The notes under the pieces were generated by a model. The model did no database searches and had not been told where the DNA came from. It saw only the letters and a program-made list of their open reading frames with translations. From contig OZ251228.1 of assembly GCA_965240325.2 (NCBI GenBank), forward strand, positions 496,001 through 560,000: a DNA stretch of 64,000 nucleotides, in the 5' to 3' direction. A program made the translations under genes and the position numbers. Positions 56,155 through 64,000 of the stretch are shown here, in pieces. Every line of letters starts with the position of its first letter. The stretch's first letter is position 1. Origin of the DNA: Rebecca billardiae RCC1528 (Eukaryota; Protista; Haptophyta).

Positions 56155-59100
56155 CAGAGCGGCCGCCAGCGGAATACAGTAAGGGCAAGGGAGTCAAGGG
56201 TGCCCGCGCCCCAGTGGCGCGCTCGGCGGATGTTGGGATACAGATTTTTGCCCGGCGCCCTGCGGCGGCGGCGGCGATGGCGTGCTCCGCTGGCGGGGCG
56301 AGCGCACGGGGCACGGCGCTGCGGGCGCGGATGTGCCCGCGAAGCCGGCGCGTGCGGACGGGCTGTTGCGGGAGAGTATCGGGCGCCCTCCTGCGACGCG
56401 CGACTTGCGCCACGCCTCTTTCGCCTCGGCTCAGAGCAGCGCGCACGCACGCGCCGCCTCAAGGCCAGCCTTGCCGCGCCGCAGCCGACCGCGCGCGCGC
56501 CGTGCGCGGCGTGGTCGGGAAGGAACGGGCGCTGCTGCCGGGCGAGATGGCGACGTCATGGGCGCACGCCATGCCGCCCCGCGGCGCCGCGAAAGAGCAC
56601 GAGAACGGATCCGCACAGCTGTTGACGAGTGCTGATTTCTTGCCGTGCCTGAAGCCAGACCTGAGCTCGAAGAAGATGATGAAAGAGCATCAGCGCGAGG
56701 AAAGCGTCGCACCCAGCACTTCTACATGACCACGCGGTGATGAACATTCATGTAAGAGTAGCCCGCGTGCCCGTCTGGCACTGTTCTGTGTCTCAATGAT
56801 CGTCCCGACAACGGTCACGACCGCGAGGCAGTGCACACCATTTGTGACAAGTCGAAAAGGCGTGCAAACGGACCGACGACACTCTCGTCAAGGCGTGGCG
56901 GGGCGGCATGGCGTGCGCCTATGACGTCGCCATCTCGCCCGGCAGCAGCGCCCGTTCCTTCCCGACCACGCCGCGCACGGCGCGCGCGCGGTCGGCTGCG
57001 GCGCGGCAAGGCTGGCCTTGAGGCGGCGCGTGCGTGCGCGCTGCTCTGAGCCGAGGCGAAAGAGGCGTGGCGCAAGTCGCGCGGCGCAGGAGGGCGCCAG
57101 ATGCTCTCCCGCAACAGCCCGTCCGCACGCGCCGGCTTCGCGGGCACATCCGCGCCCGCAGCGCCGTGCCCCGTGCGCTCGCCCCGCCAGCGGAGCACGC
57201 CATCGCCGCCGCCCGCCGCAGGCCGCGGGCAAAAAGGTGTATCCCAACATCCGCCGAGCGCGCCACTGGGGCGCGGGCACCCTTGACTCCCTTGGTAAGG
57301 GGTTGGACACCCACGCGCTCGCCCAGTGCGGGGAGGGTTGGACACCGAGCCGCCGGTGTCCAACCCCCCGCCGGTATCCAACCCCCCTTCGCCGCCGACG
57401 GAGCGCTCCGGGGGCGGCGCGGGCGGTTCGGGTGGGCCCACCCGACCAAAATGACCCGCGTCGGCCACCGCAACGCCGCCTCGCGACCCACTTCGCGCCC
57501 CGTGGGCACCTCGCAGAATCGCGCGGCCCCGGTGCAGGCGGCGCGCGCCTGCGCGCGCGCTGCCGAGCGAGTGTGCGCGGATGGCGCGGGTTCTCCGCGG
57601 CGCGGAATGACGGGAAGGATGCCATCGTTCATGTCGCCGCGCAGCGCAAGGTCGCCGGCAGGTTCGCGCGCTGTCACGACCCTGCCCACCAGCGAGCGCG
57701 GATGGCTGAGCCGGGCCGCCAGCTCGATGCCTTGACGAGTGCGGCGGTTGGCGTAGATGCGCCGCCCGCAAGCGTCCTCGCGCACGTCCATCTTGGCATA
57801 CGTCCCGCATGACACTCTTGACGCGCTACTGGCCACACGTCGCCGGCACTTCGACAACCTGAGCCGCGGGCATTGTCTGAGCTCCTCGCCATGCGCACGG
57901 CCGAGGTCGGTGCTCAGCAGGCGTCGCAGACTCTGAGGGCAGGCTGGCGGTCTGGAACGATATGCGGGGAGCCTGCAGAATCGCGCTCGGAGTACCGTCG
58001 CTGGTCAGCACTGACCAGTACGAGCAGTCATGCTACAACGTTTGGTGCCAGCGCTAAGGTAGGGCGGCCCACAGGTTTAGTCGCTGACTCGGCACAGCCG
58101 TGACGACTTTGTCTCAGCCCGCACGCCCGCTACGCGCCGAGCCGGGCAGAGCCCATCCGCCCATGCATGCACCAGGCCCAGCCGCGTAAGCGCACACATA
58201 CCCACCTGGTCGCGGCACCGCTGACCAGTGCTCTGTGCGGCACGGGGTCGATGCGCCCGGCGGTCGGCGCGCATGCACGAGCCAGCCGACGGGCAGGTCT
58301 GGGATCCTTTTCGGCGTGGAGCGCCGTCGTGTGAGCGGCATGAAGTCAGCTGTTCCCCGGCGTTTGCGCATTGGGGAGTCGTGCTGCTACGGTGGGCTTG
58401 CCGCGCGCCAACTCTGCGACGCTGGCAAAAATAGGCGACGACAAAACTGCACTCGCAGCCACACGCAGCCCATTTTCATTTTGATGCCCTCGGAGCAGGC
58501 TCGGGCATGCACTCGATCGGCTCTGGCTGACGGCAGCGCCAAGCTGGCGGCACGGCGCGAGGATGTATGCGTGGCGTTGGTGGCGTGGGCAGACCGCAGA
58601 GCTACGCCGCACACGCACCGCGCGCCGCGCGGTTGCCGGTTCAGCGCCACGGGGGCTCCAGACACCCGGCGGCACGCAGGCAGGTCTGCTCGCCGCCAGT
58701 CGGGCTCGCCGGCCGCCGGGTACCAAACTTCAATCAACAACGACCCAGGATGCACACCCACGCCTATTGGCGAGGACTCGAGCTATCGGGTCCGGGCACA
58801 CCTCAACTGCACTCGCCGCCACCGCAGTGAAGCAGTGTCGCCAAAATACGCCCAGGCTACAGTAGCATGGTGTCGAACGCGAACGTGTCAGGGGCTAATA
58901 AGTAATAAGTTACGACATACGATTATTGCTGTGCTACTATTACGACAGCCAACTGAGTAGCTAGTAGTGTACAGTGAATAGTGAGGCGGCGCCGTACCAT
59001 CGGGCCCGGATCGGCGACGGCTGCTTCATGGGCGGCGGCAGTTGGCGGGCGTCGGACTCGGAGTCGATTTCGCCTGCCTACTGAGTAACTGAGCTGTAAG

Positions 59101-60548
59101 CGCCTATGTAAAATGATATAATTCTTAGCTAGCAGTACGTAGTCGTACGTAGTAAACTGATATGACTACACTGTATTCGATCGTGCTACGACCGTTTACT
59201 ATAAGGATAAGAGACGCACACAGCTCAGGCAGGCGAGATAGTTTCCAGCAGTTGTTCCGCCTACTTTTTTTGTTTGCATTGCAATTTGATTCATCAAAAT
59301 GATACGACTGCCGGGCGGGCGGCCCTCATTGCCTGCGTTGCCGTTGGCCTCGATCAGATGCGGATGAGCGCTAGGCGCGCGTGCGGCGTGAGACGCGGCG
59401 GCCGTCGAGTTGCCGTGCGAAAGCCACGCGCGTTGCTTGCGTGGTATTGGAAGGCTGTCATATGCTTCGTCCTGCGCCCCGCAGCTTGCTCCTCGTCGAC
59501 TGGCGGTGCCTACGATCAGCGCACGTGCATGCGAGCGGCGCCTCAGAACTGAGCCGTCCGTGCCGGCCTCAGCGGCGTCAGTGCCCGCCTGGCGCGCGAT
59601 GCGATCAACTCGGGGCACGAGCTGAGGCTGAGCGAGGAAGCATGTATCTGCGCGCAAGCCGCGTCGCATTGGGCCACCGATCGTGCGTTTACAGCCGCGC
59701 GAAGGAGACGGCTGTCGATGAGTTCCCGATCAGCCTGCACGAGCCGTGCATGCAGTGAAGTGGAAACAACAGACCGTAAGCGCCGTGGAGCCATGAATCG
59801 GAGTCTTCGGGATGCGTATGGTCGCGACAACATATGCGCATCTGTAAGCACCACCTGCGCACGTGGCTGTTGTCATGCCATGCATGAGTATTAGTTGCTC
59901 TGACAAGTACTCCTGTCAAGTTCAGGCTGTCAAGGGCTCGGCCCATTCGCCAAGGCGAGAAGAAATTATGCGTGCGAGGTGCATGGCATGCTCACCATCG
60001 GTGACTCAAGGCAGCGCGGCTTGCGCACAGGTACATGCTTGCTCTCCACGCCCGCGACGGTCGAGCGCGCCCGTATCCCTCTCGCCAACCGCCGCACTCG
60101 TCAAGGCATCGAGCTGGCGGCCCGGCTCAGCCATCCGCGCTCGCTGGTGGGCAGGGTCGTGACAGCGCGCGAACCTGCCGGCGACCTTGCGCTGCGCGGC
60201 GACATGAACGATGGCATCCTTCCCGTCATTCCGCGCCGCGGAGAACCCGCGCCATCCGCGCACACTCGCTCGGCAGCGCGCGCGCAGGCGCGCGCCGCCT
60301 GCACCGGGGCCGCGCGATTCTGCGAGGTGCCCACGGGGCGCGAAGTGGGTCGCGAGGCGGCGTTGCGGTGGCCGGCGCGGGTCATTGTGGTCGGGTGGGC
60401 CCACCCGAACCGCCCGCGCCGCCCCCGGAGCGCTCCGTCGGCGGCGAAGGGGGGTTGGATACCGGCGGGGGGTTGGACACCCACGCTCGGTGTCCAACCC
60501 CATTCGCGCGTGGGTGTCCAACCCCTTATTCCGCAGGCGGCCGCTCTG
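56155..60548. mobile_element. Middle element with ~470-bp terminal inverted repeats (CAGAGCGGCCG termini, hAT-like), left TIR split by an insertion
   Basis: 56155-56185 plus 57302-57753 is the reverse complement of 60083-60548; repeated GGGTTGGACAC subterminal motifs; no TSD found. Confidence 0.7.
56186..57294. mobile_element. Inner non-autonomous fold-back element, P-superfamily-like
   Basis: 397-bp TIRs (56186-56582 / 56898-57294) starting CAAGGGAGTCAAGG; 7-bp TSD GTAAGGG (56179-56185, 57295-57301). Confidence 0.85.
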
Positions 60549-62798
60549 ACAGTACAGATGTTACATTCACAGTGGACGCGACCTGTCCACCCGTCTTTCG
60601 GTACATCGCGCCCGTCCCATGGCGGCCGGCGCGTGGCGCGAGTGCTTGGAAACCACGGAGCACACGAATGCCGGTGGTTTCCGACCTTCGCCGCCACGGC
60701 CCGCCTCCCCGTTCGCCCGCAATCGGTACCGCAGTCTGGTGCCCAGTTCCTCTCACTCCCGCGTCGGCAGTGGCGCGAAGCCGAAGCGCATCGGGAAGAA
60801 GCACAACTGGGACCTGGATACAGGTGGTAGATAGAGCCTTCAAGGAGGCTGCTGTCGCGAACGAGCAGGATGCGCCGGTTGCGGTATGCGCGTGCACCTT
60901 TGCACGAACGTGTGCTGGTCTCCTGCTGCACTGCTCGTGCCGTACGCACGAGCGCGCAACCGTGCGCACGCGCTCAGGTGGCTCGGACCACACACGCGAG
61001 TGCTTGTGAAGCTCGCCTCACGAGGCCTTCGTAGAAGAAGGCGGGCAACCGTAGTGCGCTAAGGAAGCAGAAGGAGATGCTCGCCAAACGCGTGCAGCGC
61101 GCGAGGGCGAAGCTTGCTACGGCGCGCGCGGCCTCTGCTGTTGCAGCTCGGGCCGCTGCTCCGGCCGTGCAGGCGTCTGGCGCAGGGTCCTCGGACAAGC
61201 AGGCGAACTCTGGGCAGTCTGCCTTTGCCGCCGGCAAGAAGTATCGGAAGCGCACGCATTTGGTCGTGCGCGTGGCGCGCTCGCGCGCCGTGACGCAGCA
61301 AGCAGGCGATCCTTGACAAGCGCCTCGCTGACGCTCAGCAGGCCGAGGCGACGAGCGCGGCGCTCGACCACGCTGACAGGCACGCCCTGAGTGAGGGTGA
61401 AGGCACCTTTCGAGACAGCACTCATCAGGCGCTCGACGTTGAGTATGTCATTGATCGCGCGCGTGTGTGATCACGGCAGCAAGACTAAGTCGCGCGAGGT
61501 GGAGTAGGTGGTAGCGCGCCTCTTCGCCGCATCATCCGCAGTTGACTGGCGTGCGCTAGCTCGCTCACGTCGCGCGCGGCAGCGGTCTGCTTCCACCCTG
61601 TGCGCACAGCGCGGCGCCGGCTGCACCGCCCGTTCCACTGGACGCCGGCTCGCTCGTCGTTGACGACTTCTTCTTCAACCCGGTCGCGCGGGCGCGGTGA
61701 TGGTACACTCCGGCAGGCAGATGCGGCGCACTGCTCTATGCGAGCGTGTGCCTTTCCACGACGTCGACTCAGGCTGCTACGCGTGGCATCCAGCTCGAGG
61801 CGGAGGTCGTCAGGGCTCGCCCAAGGTCGAGTCTGCCTTGCGTGTGCTAGGTCGCCGAGGTGCGGCCGCAGGGTGCTCGCTGGCTGACTCCTGACGATGA
61901 CGAGGAGTTGCGCGCCGTCGCAACCTCTCGCACGTAGTATCGTGCCGACCGAGTCGAGTCGGATGACGCTCGTGGCGGCGCACTCTTCAAATGACGCGGT
62001 CGGGCCCTTGGCGAGCTTGGGAGGAGGGCTCGGTCTGCTACATGTGCGTCAGTAGTCACGGCCTAAACCGTGCGCAAGACTCATTGAGTCGTACATGGCG
62101 CGGCAGCAACGGCCGCACCCGCGAGGGCCGTGGCCGGGCAGCCATGCTCCAAAGGGCCGAAATGTAACACCAAGGTCAGTTTCCCGTGCAACCTGTCTTG
62201 TGCTATTCAGCGAGGGAATTGTCCTATTAGTATCTATGCCTGCAGAAAGAGATTAATACGCGAGCAGGGGAATCGGATAGTACGAACGCAATCAAGCGTC
62301 ATCAAGGGGGGTGAATGCCATTCACTAGCAGCTCTCCCCCTGCTACAAGAGTACAAAATCCCCACCAGCATCACGCGCGCCATTATCTTTTTTGATTTTG
62401 CGGAGCACGTGCGCCGCCCGCCCGGCCCCGGCTTTCGCTCACGCTCAGACCTTTCGGGGGGGCCGTGCGCCATTATTATTATTATATATTATTAAATAAT
62501 ACGTAGGCGACACGACTGTCTGCTGTGGACTGTCAGTGTCATTCAGAATTTGAATTTTGATGTGGCGGCTAACCGCCTACGAGTCAAGTGCCGGCCCGGT
62601 GCCCGGACGACGTGACGCGTACCGACCCATGACTGACTCCGCCGTGACTGAGCGACTAGCAAGCCACCGGCCGGTTCGGGGCCGCCTGAGTCCCGCCCTT
62701 CGCACTGTTGCGTCGTCAGCCGCCTGGCTGACGTAGACGAGTAGTCGACGTCGGACTTCGTCTTACTTACGGAGCCAGTGTACGGATCGCCATCGAGA

Positions 62799-63284
62799 TC
62801 ATTGCAATTCGAGAAGCGTGACGTAGTCCTCGTAGTGGACCAGGCCCGTCTCGCTGTCGGCGGCGAAAGAGAGGAACTCGTCCATCTCCTCGGTCGAGAA
62901 CTTCTCCGTCTTGGAAGACATCATGAGCTCGCGCAGCTTCTCAGCCTCGAGGTAGCCCTTGTTCTCCTTGTCGAGCACGCGGAAGGCGGTGAGCAGCTTC
63001 TCCTCTGAGTCGCGGGTGAACTGATTCTCGAGGAGAACGCGCGTCATCATCCGCTCGAATTTCTCGAAGCGGATGAAGCCCGTGGGCTCCTCCTCCTCGA
63101 TCTCGGCGATCATGTCTCGTAGGTCGGCCTCGGACGGGCACACGCCGAGCGCGCGAACGATTGTGCCGACCTCGCGCACGTCGCAGTGGCCTCGTGCGTC
63201 GCGGTCGAAGAGGGCAAACTGCGTCTTGATGTCCTTGGCGATCTGCTCCTTTCGAGCCACCTGCTCCCGCGCATCCAGCGACAT
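62799..63284 (-). CDS. DRC8: EF-hand protein, dynein regulatory complex subunit 8 (EFCAB2-like), 161 aa
   Basis: FALFDRD...DVREVGTIVRALGVCPSEADL...EEEEPTGFIRFEKF...LLTAFRVLD...YEDY matches the EFCAB2/DRC8 signature as I recall it. Confidence 0.85.
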   Translation of the reverse strand: MSLDAREQVARKEQIAKDIKTQFALFDRDARGHCDVREVGTIVRALGVCPSEADLRDMIAEIEEEEPTGFIRFEKFERMMTRVLLENQFTRDSEEKLLTAFRVLDKENKGYLEAEKLRELMMSSKTEKFSTEEMDEFLSFAADSETGLVHYEDYVTLLELQ

Positions 63285-63612
63285 CGGTGCGCCAGCGATG
63301 CCGGCGCGGCTTGTGTGGGCACGCTTTGCTCGCCACCGCGAGGCCGTTACCGGGACGCCGCCAAAGCGTGGGACTGCAGTCGTTTCCACCGACCGCCATC
63401 GCAGTTCAAGGCCCGGGCTGTTGTCAGCGCGAGCTGCAGCTGCCGTAGGTTAGCGAGAGGGAGCGTTAGGTGAGGCGCGACGCGCGCGCGGCGAGGCTTC
63501 GTGGGCGCGCAAAGGCGTCCGAGCCGCACGCTCGCGCAGTGCGCAGCGCTCGTCCGCTCACCGCGCGCGCGTGCGCCGCTGTCTGCCACGCGCGCGCGCA
63601 CGGAGCAGCGCG

Positions 63613-63979
63613 ATGGCATCGAAGTACAAGGCGGACTTTGAGCTCCCGAAGGAGTTCCCGTCGATCCTGAAGGCGTTCACGCGCGAGATCCTGCGCTACC
63701 AGCCCGAGAACATCTACGAGTTCGGCGCCACCTACTTTGCGGATCTCTCGCAGGCGCAGGGGTCGGCCGCGGCCACTGGCAAGCCGCAGCGCCTCTCGCC
63801 CGAGGAGCTGGAGCAGATGTTCCGCACGCTCTTCCACGAGCACGACCTCGACGGGAACGGGATGCTGGACCACAAGGAGTTCAAGGCGCTCCTCGAGTCC
63901 GCCAAGCTCGGCCTCTCCGCCAAGGAGGTGCGGCGCGTGATGGCAGAGGCGGACGAGAATGAGGACGGCCTGATTGGGT
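63613..63979 (+). CDS. RSP7: RIIa dimerisation/docking domain plus EF-hands, radial spoke protein 7-like; first exon, gene runs off the window (missing from the ORF track)
   Basis: MASKYKADFELPKEFPSILKAFTREILRYQPENIYEFGATYF, EF loops DLDGNGMLDHKE and DENEDGLIG; GTGCGC donor at 63980. Confidence 0.75.
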
Positions 63980-64000
63980 GTGCGCACGCGCGCGCGCGCA

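Larger units (their letters stand above)
56119..62197. mobile_element. Outer DNA transposon relic with ~24-bp TIRs and 4-bp TSD
   Basis: GACAGGTTGCACGG(AGAAA/GAAAC)TGACC inverted at 56119-56142 and 62174-62197; TTGT on both flanks (56115-56118, 62198-62201); decayed Cys-rich/basic coding fragments at ~60830-61316. Confidence 0.6.

Overview
Very GC-rich eukaryotic nuclear DNA. It has spliceosomal GT-AG introns with a GTGCGC donor and two flagellar genes; the style suggests a haptophyte such as a pavlovophyte (inference). 1-37 kb is gene-dense. It holds a multi-TM protein with a TIR-like domain, an LRR-TRP channel fusion, an MVP/SPFH-like protein, two sulfotransferase-like genes and a small divergent gene pair. 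It also holds an 18-kb ORF encoding a ~6055-aa polycystin-1-like adhesion receptor (FG-GAP propeller, ~2700-aa Ser-Pro stalk, REJ, GPS, TM, IQ). 37-62.5 kb is a mobile-element patch. It contains a young Ty1/copia element (386-bp LTRs, GTTGG TSD) with a GGGAAC-class (G GGA AAC) -1 frameshift signal placed after the protease and an internal 830-bp fold-back duplication. Also present are two near-identical GT47-like genes, a tandem 727-nt highly structured non-coding unit, and three DNA transposons nested in each other's left termini. The window ends with divergently transcribed DRC8/EFCAB2-like and RSP7-like genes. All coordinates were read by eye and family calls come from motif recognition, not searches.
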